Below are positions 19,554 through 28,406 of a stretch of 64,000 nt of DNA, one piece after another. The notes beneath the pieces were generated by a model, which saw only the letters and a list, made by a program, of their open reading frames with translations, made no database searches and was not told where the DNA came from. The translations under genes were made by a program, and so were the position numbers. Position 1 is the first letter of the stretch. Each line of letters begins with the position of its first letter. Source of the DNA: Acetatifactor sp. (GTDB lineage: Bacteria > Bacillota > Clostridia > Lachnospirales > Lachnospiraceae); the NCBI GenBank assembly GCA_045545375.1, contig JAZQAT010000064.1, positions 684-64,683 on the forward strand, given 5' to 3'.

Positions 19554-21197
19554 ATGAGCAACAAATTAGCGAAAGCGAATGCTTCAGAAAAACATTTTAT
19601 TACAAAACTTTATCAGGAGAATGCCAAAATTCTGGATTTCCTCACCTGTATCTTCATGCTGACGGTCATTGCAGGAATACCGCTTTACAATAAATCAAGT
19701 TATGCTAAGATTGGTACCGATAAAAGAGAATTCTTCACTTCTTTCCTTAAACATTTTGACAGATTCCTGCTGATTTTTATACTGATACAGCTGATTCTGT
19801 ACATCATCCGGGCTATAAAAACTTCAGATTTGCACTTGAAGTCTTTGAAAGTATATTCTGTCACTGATTTATTTGTAGCATGCTACTTTTTATCCGTGCT
19901 AGTATCGTATTCCTTTTCCGATTATCAGGAAACAGCAGCCTTAGGCTCTTCCAGCTGGACCATGGGCGCTCTGATTCAGCTTTCTCTGGCAGGTATTTAT
20001 TTTCTGATTTCTCGCTTTTGGAAAAAACGTCTTTGGATTGTCTTTCTGATGCTCCCGGTCTCTGCGGTTCTTTTTGCTCTGGGATATCTGAACCGTTTCA
20101 ACATCTGGCCAATTCCAATGGATACCAATACAAATCCGCAGTTTATCTCCCTTGCCGGTAATATTAACTGGTATTGCGGTTATATGGTGACCCTTTTGTT
20201 TGGCGCTGTCTATCTGTCCTGGTCCGATGCATTTTGCAGAAAGTGGCAGAAATACCTGCTAAACACTTATCTCTTTATTGGCTTTGGCGCTCTGGTTACC
20301 AACGGCAGCAGCAGCGGCATTCTGACCCTTTTTGGTATCTTTTTTGTCCTGCTCCTTCTGTCTATCTCTGATGGGTACAAACTGGAGCGTTACTGTGAAG
20401 TCGTACTGATTCTGGGGTTATCCTGTCTGTTTACATTGGGAATCCGCCTGCTATTTCCGGACGCCATTACCTATCAGGAAACTACCAATAACCTTATGAC
20501 TTATACTCCCCTGCCAATATTCCTCACTCTTCTGGCATTGGCAGCTTACCTTTTGGTTCGCCGCTTCTGTAGGCAGGGACGATATCCGGCCGAGCTATTT
20601 CGCAGGTTGGGATTCGGTATGGCTGTTCTTTGCGGAGCCGTTGTGTTACTTTATATCCTTCTTCTGATTATAAATACAATAACCCCGGGAAGCATCGGTT
20701 TCCTCTCTGACTATTCCTTATTTACCTTTTCCGAAGAATGGGGAAGCCGCAGGGGGGCCACCTGGAAAGCCGGGGCACTGGCTTGGTGGGAGATGCCGTT
20801 TCTTCGAAAATTGATTGGCGTGGGACCTGACTGCATGGGAGAATTTCTTTATGCGGATGCAAGCGAATCGCTTTTATCCATGCTAAACAGACTCTGGCCA
20901 AGCAGCAGTCTGTCCAATGCACATTGTGAGTGGCTGACTGTCCTAGTGAATCTGGGACTTATTGGACTTCTTAGCTTTGCAGGAATGATTATCAGTGCCG
21001 TTTACCGCTTTCTGAAAAAAGCAACAGATACAAGTCATCCGTACCACTCTCTGGTCGGTGCCTGTGGGCTTGCGATTCTTGCCTATTCTATACATAATAT
21101 CGTAAGCTTCCAACAGGTTCTGAACGAACCGGCCATGTTCGTGATTCTTGGTATTGGTGCAGCTTATTGCAGGCCCTCACAATCATCCACGGATTGA
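19554..21197 (+). CDS. O-antigen ligase/Wzy_C-like polytopic membrane protein
   Basis: Many TM helices; GNINW, WGSRRG.TW, LIGVGPD, NAHCEWL..LVNLGLIG motifs. Confidence 0.75.
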   Translation: MSNKLAKANASEKHFITKLYQENAKILDFLTCIFMLTVIAGIPLYNKSSYAKIGTDKREFFTSFLKHFDRFLLIFILIQLILYIIRAIKTSDLHLKSLKVYSVTDLFVACYFLSVLVSYSFSDYQETAALGSSSWTMGALIQLSLAGIYFLISRFWKKRLWIVFLMLPVSAVLFALGYLNRFNIWPIPMDTNTNPQFISLAGNINWYCGYMVTLLFGAVYLSWSDAFCRKWQKYLLNTYLFIGFGALVTNGSSSGILTLFGIFFVLLLLSISDGYKLERYCEVVLILGLSCLFTLGIRLLFPDAITYQETTNNLMTYTPLPIFLTLLALAAYLLVRRFCRQGRYPAELFRRLGFGMAVLCGAVVLLYILLLIINTITPGSIGFLSDYSLFTFSEEWGSRRGATWKAGALAWWEMPFLRKLIGVGPDCMGEFLYADASESLLSMLNRLWPSSSLSNAHCEWLTVLVNLGLIGLLSFAGMIISAVYRFLKKATDTSHPYHSLVGACGLAILAYSIHNIVSFQQVLNEPAMFVILGIGAAYCRPSQSSTD

Positions 21198-21272
21198 TTG
21201 ACTCTTTTTTTAAAAAAGAGGAATTATTCTGTTCCTTTTAACATATAAAATAAAAAAATCCAGGATCTTTTT

Positions 21273-23090
21273 ATGAATCAGAAACTGGAAAATCTATTGA
21301 ATCTGGCTTTGGAAACACCGGAAAATATCAGGGAACAGACCGATAATCTAAATGTTGGATTTGCTTCCACTGACCGTACTTGGGAATTGATTGTAAAATA
21401 TCACGGAAGCCTGGACTATCTGATCACCTTAAATATCCGGGTAGAATACCTGATTGCAGGATACGCGATTCTGACGGTACCGGAACAGCTTGTGGATTCC
21501 GTTGCTGAACAGGATGAAATAGAATATGTGGAAAAGCCAAAAAGATATTATTATTCTGTCCCTCAGCTTACCATGACTCAACTGACCGAATCCGTTTTTT
21601 CGCCTACGGATTTCCTGACCGATGCCTGCATCTATCCCGTCACCAGGAGGGAGCCTTTTCTTTCGGGTGATGGCGTATTGATTGCTGTTATAGATTCCGG
21701 CATTGACTATGCACGCAGGGAATTCCGCACAGAAGATGGCTCCACAAGAATTCTTTCTCTTTGGGACCAGACTGCTGCTTCCGGGCAACCACCTGCAGGT
21801 TTTTTCCTGGGCAGCGAATACAGCGAAGCTCAAATTAACATGGCGCTTGCAGCTTCCACTCCAACTGAAAAAATGCAGCTGGTTCCCAGTATTGATGTAA
21901 GCGGTCATGGCACTGCTGTAGCAGGTATTGCAGCCGGCTATTCTCCGGAATCAACTTCTGAAGGTACTTACCGCTATGAAGGCCTGGCTCCAAACAGTAA
22001 ACTTCTCATTGTCAAGCTGGGACTCCCCAGTGAGGGAGGATTTCCCCGCACCACCGAAATTATGCGCGGTGTCACCTATGCGATCCGAAAGGCATTGGAA
22101 CTGGGCATGCCTCTCGTCATCAACTTAAGCTTTGGCAACAGCTATGGTTCTCACGACGGAAGCAGTCTGCTGGAACGATTTCTGGACAATGCTTCTGAAA
22201 TCGGCCGTACTGTTATCTGCGTAGGAAGCGGCAATGAAGGAAATTCTGCAGGCCATGCTGCCGGCAATGCACTTTCCTCCTCTGCCACTGTTGATCTGGC
22301 TGTTGCAGACTATGAATCAAGTCTCAGCGTACAGTTGTGGACGCAATATAGCGATAGCTACCGTATTTATCTCCGATCACCGGGAGGTACGCGTCATGAA
22401 CTCCCAATGGGCATCCAATCCGGGAAATATACGCTTCGTGTAGAACAAACCGATTTACTGATCTACCTGGGAGAGCCTTCTCCTTATTCTGTAAACCGGG
22501 AACTCTATATCGAGATGATTCCTGCCAGTGGTTCGTATATTGGCAGCGGCATCTGGCAATTCATCCTGGAACCTGTAGAAGTAAGTGTAGGACAGTATTA
22601 TTTTTATCTTCCCTCAGCTGCCGGCAGAAACGAGCGAACCGGTTTTACGGCACCTACTCCCCAGGTTACCCTTACGATTCCCTCTACTTCCGCCAAGGTC
22701 ATTACGGTGGGGGCATATGACAGCACCTATAATTCCTATGCAGATTTCTCCGGAAGAGGTTATGAAGGAATAAATCGTACGATTGGTGTGGTAACCGCGG
22801 GCCTGGTGAAACCGGATCTGGCGGCACCCGGAGTAAATCTTCCGGCTCCGGACCTGTATGGAGGATACCAATCTGTCACCGGCACTTCTTTTGCTACCCC
22901 TGTCGTAAGCGGCAGCGCTGCGTTGCTTATGGAATGGGGCATTGTAAAAGGTAACGACAGTTTTCTCTATGGCGAAAAAATAAAGGCATATTTAAGGCGT
23001 GGTGCACAACCAATCAGAGGAGAAAACGTATATCCCAATAACAAGGTAGGGTTCGGTGCTCTATGCACCGCAAAAAGTCTGCCCATATAA
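21273..23090 (+). CDS. Subtilisin-like S8 protease, Csp (spore germination) type
   Basis: Triad IDSG / GHGTAVAG / GTSFATP; jelly-roll-sized insertion; C-terminal LMEWGIV.GND.FLYGEKIKAYL..GA. Confidence 0.85.
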   Translation: MNQKLENLLNLALETPENIREQTDNLNVGFASTDRTWELIVKYHGSLDYLITLNIRVEYLIAGYAILTVPEQLVDSVAEQDEIEYVEKPKRYYYSVPQLTMTQLTESVFSPTDFLTDACIYPVTRREPFLSGDGVLIAVIDSGIDYARREFRTEDGSTRILSLWDQTAASGQPPAGFFLGSEYSEAQINMALAASTPTEKMQLVPSIDVSGHGTAVAGIAAGYSPESTSEGTYRYEGLAPNSKLLIVKLGLPSEGGFPRTTEIMRGVTYAIRKALELGMPLVINLSFGNSYGSHDGSSLLERFLDNASEIGRTVICVGSGNEGNSAGHAAGNALSSSATVDLAVADYESSLSVQLWTQYSDSYRIYLRSPGGTRHELPMGIQSGKYTLRVEQTDLLIYLGEPSPYSVNRELYIEMIPASGSYIGSGIWQFILEPVEVSVGQYYFYLPSAAGRNERTGFTAPTPQVTLTIPSTSAKVITVGAYDSTYNSYADFSGRGYEGINRTIGVVTAGLVKPDLAAPGVNLPAPDLYGGYQSVTGTSFATPVVSGSAALLMEWGIVKGNDSFLYGEKIKAYLRRGAQPIRGENVYPNNKVGFGALCTAKSLPI

Positions 23091-23106
23091 TTACGGGCAG
23101 ACTTTT
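23072..23106. terminator. Bidirectional terminator
   Basis: aaaagtctgccc-atataattac-gggcagactttt. Confidence 0.8.
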
Positions 23107-23127
23107 CATTTTTCATATTATACTATT

Positions 23128-24441
23128 TTATTCTTGATAAAACTCTTTTAAAGCTTGTACACAATACCAGGTATCCATCACTCCTGCTGTTTCCACTGCC
23201 GAATGCATGGACAACTGCGGCAAGCCGATATCTACGCTGGATACCGACACATGTGCCGTTGAGATATTTCCCAGTGTCGATCCACCAAGAATATCCGAAC
23301 GGTTAGTATATGTCTGGAATGGTACTCCTGCCTTCTTGCAGAGACTCTTCATTTTGGCTGATGAAACAGCATCAGAGGTATACTTCTGACTGCCATGGTA
23401 TTTGATGACAATACCACCATTCAGATAAGGACGATTCGTGGGATCTGCTTTTTCGGGATGGTTGGGATGGACTGCATGGGCATTATCTGCTGATATAAGG
23501 AAGCTTCCGGCTACCAACTGACGATATTGCCCCGGTGTCATGCCTGCCGCTTCACAGCTCCTGATCAATACATCCTCCAGAAATGTAGAATCTGCTCCCT
23601 GCCTGGTACCGCTTCCAACCTCTTCATTGTCGAAAACTGCACATATATTGATGTAGTCTTTGGGCGTGCTTTCCAAAAATGAGGTCATGGAAGCATAGAC
23701 ACATTGCAGATCATCCAGTCTGGGGGAAAATATAAATTCTCCGTTTGCCCCCAGTATTCTACCGGGCTCTCTTGTATAGAGAAATAAATCCTGTCCGAGA
23801 ATCGCCTCCGGTTCGACTCCGATTTCCTCCGCAATCATTTTCAGCAGAGAATTCTTTGCATCCTGACAATCTTCTCCTTGCTCTGAAGAGAGGCTGCCTG
23901 CCATCAATGGAAGCATGTCCACCTGGGGATTATATTCCACGCCTTTATTCATCTCTCTGTTCATATGAATAGCCACATTTGGAATAACCAACAGATCCTT
24001 ATCAATGTTTACCAGCCTGGTCTGCACCGTTTCTCCCTTGCCTACTACGATTCTTCCTGCTACAGAAAGAGCCCTATCCAGCCAGGTAGACAGAATCATA
24101 CCGCCATATTTTTCTGTATTCAGTTTTACATACTGCTTCTCTACAAGAATTTCAGGTCCTTCTTTTACCTTAAAAGAAGGGGAATCGCTGTGAGATGCAA
24201 CCATATGAAAACCTTTGATATCCTTGGCAGCCGGAAATTGCAGCGCTATCAGTGATGAGTCGTTACGCACGACGTAATATTTTCCACCCTTTACAACATT
24301 CCATTCTTCTGTCTCTTTCCACTCTTTATAACCTTCTGTTTCCAACATACCTTTTAAATTTTCCACTGCATGGAAACAAGTCGGACTCTTTTGTATAAAA
24401 TTCAGCATTTCTTCAGCTGCCTTGCGCGCTGTCATATTCAT
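23128..24441 (-). CDS. apeB: M18 family aspartyl aminopeptidase
   Basis: HSDSP, RLDDL, DNEEVGS, DNAHAVHPN, GGSTLG, QLSMHS. Confidence 0.92.
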   Translation of the reverse strand: MNMTARKAAEEMLNFIQKSPTCFHAVENLKGMLETEGYKEWKETEEWNVVKGGKYYVVRNDSSLIALQFPAAKDIKGFHMVASHSDSPSFKVKEGPEILVEKQYVKLNTEKYGGMILSTWLDRALSVAGRIVVGKGETVQTRLVNIDKDLLVIPNVAIHMNREMNKGVEYNPQVDMLPLMAGSLSSEQGEDCQDAKNSLLKMIAEEIGVEPEAILGQDLFLYTREPGRILGANGEFIFSPRLDDLQCVYASMTSFLESTPKDYINICAVFDNEEVGSGTRQGADSTFLEDVLIRSCEAAGMTPGQYRQLVAGSFLISADNAHAVHPNHPEKADPTNRPYLNGGIVIKYHGSQKYTSDAVSSAKMKSLCKKAGVPFQTYTNRSDILGGSTLGNISTAHVSVSSVDIGLPQLSMHSAVETAGVMDTWYCVQALKEFYQE

Positions 24442-24446
24442 TTACC

Positions 24447-24536
24447 TCAATCTTTCATCCTGTGTATCTGTAACAGGCACATAATCACCACTCCGGTAAT
24501 CGTACCAATGATAAATCCAATCAAACCCCATAACAT
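24447..24536 (-). CDS. 29-aa DUF3789-like small membrane protein (not in ORF track)
   Basis: MLWGLIGFIIGTITGVVIMCLLQIHRMKD*, AAGGGAG 7 nt upstream, GVVIMCLLQ motif. Confidence 0.7.
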   Translation of the reverse strand: MLWGLIGFIIGTITGVVIMCLLQIHRMKD

Positions 24537-24621
24537 AACATTTCTCCCTTTTGCACATTGTATAAAGAGCATAACACTGCCCTATTATCATTATATGCAA
24601 AAAGGAGAAAAATAATTAAAC

Positions 24622-25314
24622 TTATTCGCCGTAATTTCCGTAATACTTGCCGTAATATTTGCCGTAGTATCCTTTTGAACTGATATTTACCTTATTCAGA
24701 ATACATCCCAGTATCTTACAATCAGCCATTTTTAACTGACCTATTACTTTCTGTGCAAAACGATAGCTGATGGCTCCGCTCTGCATAACTAATGCAACAC
24801 CATCACACTGTTTTGCCACAATCGCACTGTCAATAACACTTCCCAAAGGCGGCGTATCAATAATTATGAAATCATACTGCTTTATGCTTTCTTCCAAAAG
24901 CTGCGTAAAATATTTTCCACTCAATAATTCACTCGGATTAGGCGGAACAGGACCTGCAAATATCATGTCAAAATTAGGTACATCTGTCTGGCAGATTACC
25001 TCCTCCAGATCATTTCGTCCGATCAGATAATGGGACAGCCCCAGTCTTACTTTACCGCTTTTATGATTTCTTCTCATTACAGACTTGCGCAGGTCTGCAT
25101 CTACGAGCAACACCTTCTTTCCATTCTGTGCAAAGGATTTTGCCAGGTTAAAAGACACTTCGCTTTTGCCTTCATTAGGGGTACAGCTGGTAATCGCAAC
25201 ACATCGGATGTCACTGCTGCTGAATTCTATATTGGTACGCAATGTCTTATATGCTTCTTTGGTTCTGAAGTCCAAAGCTTCTTCCTTTAAAATAATGTTC
25301 TGCATTGTCTTCAC
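24622..25314 (-). CDS. cpsD: Bacterial tyrosine kinase, CpsD/CapB family
   Basis: EAYKTLRTNI, PNEGKS, LVDADLR, IIDTPP, C-terminal Tyr cluster YYGKYYGKYYGNY. Confidence 0.93.
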   Translation of the reverse strand: MKTMQNIILKEEALDFRTKEAYKTLRTNIEFSSSDIRCVAITSCTPNEGKSEVSFNLAKSFAQNGKKVLLVDADLRKSVMRRNHKSGKVRLGLSHYLIGRNDLEEVICQTDVPNFDMIFAGPVPPNPSELLSGKYFTQLLEESIKQYDFIIIDTPPLGSVIDSAIVAKQCDGVALVMQSGAISYRFAQKVIGQLKMADCKILGCILNKVNISSKGYYGKYYGKYYGNYGE

Positions 25315-26180
25315 TCCTTCATATCATCCACATCAGAATTTTTCCTGCGTTTATCAGAATTGGCTGCTTTCTCTTCTGCTCCATCCCTATGCTCCATCAT
25401 GCTCTCGTCCAACATTCCTTCTTCAACACCGGTCTGAATAATCCTGTTTTCTCTTTTCTTTTCTTTTCGTGCTTCATTTTCATCCATCATCGGAATCATG
25501 GCAAGTGTGCTGAGACCCAGGAATTTCTCCACATCTTCGCTGTTCTTAATCGTATCATCCAGTAAGAATTTAATCAAAAGAACTGCCATGCACAGGAAAG
25601 CTCCAAGCAATAATCCCAATGCAGTCCACTTCTTTATGCTGGGACTTGAGGGCTCTATCGGCAGATTGGCTTCATCTACAACATTCATTGCTTCAATATC
25701 CGTAACATTCTTAATATGTGTGCTGGCTACATCCCTCACCTCATTTGCAATACTTTGTGCAAGAATCGGGCTTGCATCTGTTACTGTGATTGCCAGAATA
25801 CGCCCATCCGTTGGGGTAGATACTGAAATTCTCTTCTCCAGGGAATTATAGGTAGTATCCAACTCCAGCTTTTCAATTACCTTTTCCAGAACATTTCTGC
25901 TCTTAATAATCTGAGGGTAATCCTTAGTCAACTGGGTACCCATCTGAAGATCAGTGTAGGTTAGCGAACTATTATTATCTTTCTTACTGATAACATACAC
26001 CTGAGTGGTAGATTCATACATCGGTGTTATGGCAAACCGGCTGAAACAAAAGGCTGCAGCACCTGACACTACCGCACAAAGAACGATCAGCCACAGATAA
26101 TGCCACATCATCACCACTACCGCGCCCAGATCTATTTCAATCTCATCTGAATAGGAATTGTTAACATTTGTTTCCATCAT
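25311..26180 (-). CDS. cpsC: Polysaccharide co-polymerase / kinase modulator, CpsC/CapA family
   Basis: EIEIDL, ITPMYESTT, PSSPS, LLDDTIK..EDVEK.LGL..LAMIP. Confidence 0.9.
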   Translation of the reverse strand: MMETNVNNSYSDEIEIDLGAVVVMMWHYLWLIVLCAVVSGAAAFCFSRFAITPMYESTTQVYVISKKDNNSSLTYTDLQMGTQLTKDYPQIIKSRNVLEKVIEKLELDTTYNSLEKRISVSTPTDGRILAITVTDASPILAQSIANEVRDVASTHIKNVTDIEAMNVVDEANLPIEPSSPSIKKWTALGLLLGAFLCMAVLLIKFLLDDTIKNSEDVEKFLGLSTLAMIPMMDENEARKEKKRENRIIQTGVEEGMLDESMMEHRDGAEEKAANSDKRRKNSDVDDMKE

Positions 26181-26193
26181 TATTCTCCTTTAC

Positions 26194-26916
26194 CTAAATC
26201 ATTTCTCCCCTGATCATACGCTCTGCATTAGAATAAAGCAAAGCGGAAGCATAAGCTTCTCCACATTTTTTCTGAAGATAACTTGCACATACCTCAATCT
26301 GCGGAGCTCTCTTTTGGGCATCGTGTGCATCTGTAGCCACAAAATGAATCATCTGTTCCTTCAACATCTTCTTTACTGTCTGTTTCATCTTAAAGCCCAA
26401 AGCACCCGTAACACTGGATGCATTTACCTGAATCAGCGCGCCACGGTCAATGGCATAAGCTACATTATCCAGTTTCGAAGACATACAGTGATACCGTTCC
26501 ACATGAGCCAACACCGGAATAAAACCAACGCTCTGCACGTCATAGATTGCCTGCCTGATATAGGAGAACTCCTCTACAGGCATAAATTCCAACAACACAT
26601 ATTTACTGTCTGCCAATGTGCACAGCCTGCCCTCTTCCAACAGTTCCGTAACACCGTCACGGTAATAGATTTCGCATCCCGGATAAAGTGTTATCGGAAT
26701 ATGATTATCATCTGCCAGCTCCTGCAGCAGTGTCATCCTGCGGTGTATTCCTTCCACCGACACATTCCTGTGTTCCGCTTTATTGTGCGGTGTCAAAATC
26801 ACGGTATCAATCCCATTTTCTGATGCAATCTTAAGCATCTCCAGGCTTTGCTCCTGGCTTCTGGAGCCGTCATCTACCCCCGGTAAAATATGTGAATGAA
26901 TATCAATGTATCCCAC
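26194..26916 (-). CDS. cpsB: PHP-type protein tyrosine phosphatase, CpsB/CapC family
   Basis: IDIHSHILPGVDDGS, LTPH, AHVERY, ATDAH; GTG start 26916. Confidence 0.93.
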   Translation of the reverse strand: MGYIDIHSHILPGVDDGSRSQEQSLEMLKIASENGIDTVILTPHNKAEHRNVSVEGIHRRMTLLQELADDNHIPITLYPGCEIYYRDGVTELLEEGRLCTLADSKYVLLEFMPVEEFSYIRQAIYDVQSVGFIPVLAHVERYHCMSSKLDNVAYAIDRGALIQVNASSVTGALGFKMKQTVKKMLKEQMIHFVATDAHDAQKRAPQIEVCASYLQKKCGEAYASALLYSNAERMIRGEMI

Positions 26917-26935
26917 CTCTTCTCCCCCTACCGTT

Positions 26936-27487
26936 TTATGAATGATATACAATTCCGTTAGCAAGTTCTTCTGCCTTTCCTTCTCCGCATAAAACTGAAG
27001 TAATTGCAAGACCGAACGCAATCGCACACCCCATTCCTCTGGAAGTGATTACATGATCTGAGATAACAACGGGATCTAATACAACCTCTGCTCCTGTCAA
27101 CTCCTCTTCCATTCCGGGATAACAACAAGCCTTTCTGCCCTTCAGCATACCTCGATGTCCCATAACAGTTGGAGCCGCACAGATTGCTGCAACATATTTC
27201 CCGGATGCATAGAAAACATCCAACTGCGTCATCAACCCTTGATGCCCTTCAAGATTCCGGGTTCCCGGCATTCCTCCCGGCAGTACCAGCATGTCCAGAC
27301 TCTCAAAATCCACTTCCTCAAACAACAAATCTGTATTTACACAGATTCCATGAGAACCGGTGACTTCTTTTCCTTCCTTCACAGAGACCATTTCCACAGA
27401 TATCCCCGCTCTGCGGCAAATATCTACTACCGTTAAAGCTTCTATTTCTTCAAAACCATCCGCAAAGAAAACAGCTATTTTATTCAT
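26936..27487 (-). CDS. DJ-1/PfpI (YajL/ThiJ) family glyoxalase
   Basis: GFEEIEA, LVLPGGMPG, AAICAAP, ITSRGMG; start MNKI behind GGAGG. Confidence 0.92.
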   Translation of the reverse strand: MNKIAVFFADGFEEIEALTVVDICRRAGISVEMVSVKEGKEVTGSHGICVNTDLLFEEVDFESLDMLVLPGGMPGTRNLEGHQGLMTQLDVFYASGKYVAAICAAPTVMGHRGMLKGRKACCYPGMEEELTGAEVVLDPVVISDHVITSRGMGCAIAFGLAITSVLCGEGKAEELANGIVYHS

Positions 27488-27768
27488 TAACACAACCTCC
27501 CGGCAAAAAAACTGCCTCATAGCATAATCACTTTTATTATAATAAGTTTTACTCCATCTGTCATCCCTAAATTTCATGAAAATCCTTGGAAATTGTATCA
27601 GATTTCCCCTATATTTTCCATACTATCGACATATTCTTCCCTTTTACTGTAATAAAAAGTAGGGGAGTTGTTTTTTTCCCTGGGATGGGGTATAATACTG
27701 GGAAAAGACAGAGCCAAGCGTACAGGGCAAACTACCAACAATTACCACACCAGCCAGGAGTACACATC

Positions 27769-28266
27769 ATGGAAATAGAAAGAAAATTCACCTTAAAGAC
27801 GCTTCCTAAGCATCTTGAAGCCTATCCCCATCATCACATTGAGCAAGCTTACCTCAGCGTGAACCCTGTGGTTCGTGTCAGAAAAGAAGACGATGATTAT
27901 TATCTGACCTATAAGGGCAAAGGAATGATGGCAAGAGAAGAAAGCAATCTCCCGCTGAACAGGGAAGCATATTATCATCTTCGTGAAAAAGCAGACGGCA
28001 ACATCATATCCAAAACAAGATATTTGATTCCTCTGCCGCATCCCGGCTTCAAAGAAGGATGGCCTATTCCTCCTGATGATTACACCCTTACCATTGAACT
28101 GGATGTATTCGATCCGCCTTTTGCTCCTCTTATTATGGCAGAGGTAGAGTTTGGAAGCAAAGAAGCTGCTGAAGCTTTCCTTCCGCCGGAATGGTTTGGC
28201 AAAGAAGTTACCTATTGCAAAGAGTACCATAATTCTTACATGGCTTTAAATTCCCATCTGCAATGA
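27769..28266 (+). CDS. CYTH domain protein
   Basis: MEIERKF, IEQAYL, VRVRK, LTYKG, AEVEF; start behind AGGAG. Confidence 0.9.
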   Translation: MEIERKFTLKTLPKHLEAYPHHHIEQAYLSVNPVVRVRKEDDDYYLTYKGKGMMAREESNLPLNREAYYHLREKADGNIISKTRYLIPLPHPGFKEGWPIPPDDYTLTIELDVFDPPFAPLIMAEVEFGSKEAAEAFLPPEWFGKEVTYCKEYHNSYMALNSHLQ

Positions 28267-28302
28267 CTTTCTAAGTTAGCGTTTTATATAATCAGCATAT
28301 GC

Positions 28303-28366
28303 AAAAAGACAACCCATCGGATGATTGATATCGTAACAGATTCCATCCGCTAAGGGCTGTCTTTTT
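28303..28366. terminator. Probable bidirectional terminator
   Basis: aaaaagacaaccc...gggctgtcttttt between convergent genes. Confidence 0.6.
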
Positions 28367-28406
28367 CTTGTTTCAAGCAGATAATCGAAATCCGCTTACA
28401 TACCAG

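Noticed and set aside
26917-27027. Long gene overlaps implied by the ORF track (cpsB/DJ-1, also the ABC pair and ytvI)
   Set aside because: Caused by longest-ORF start choice; RBS-supported internal starts remove or shrink them
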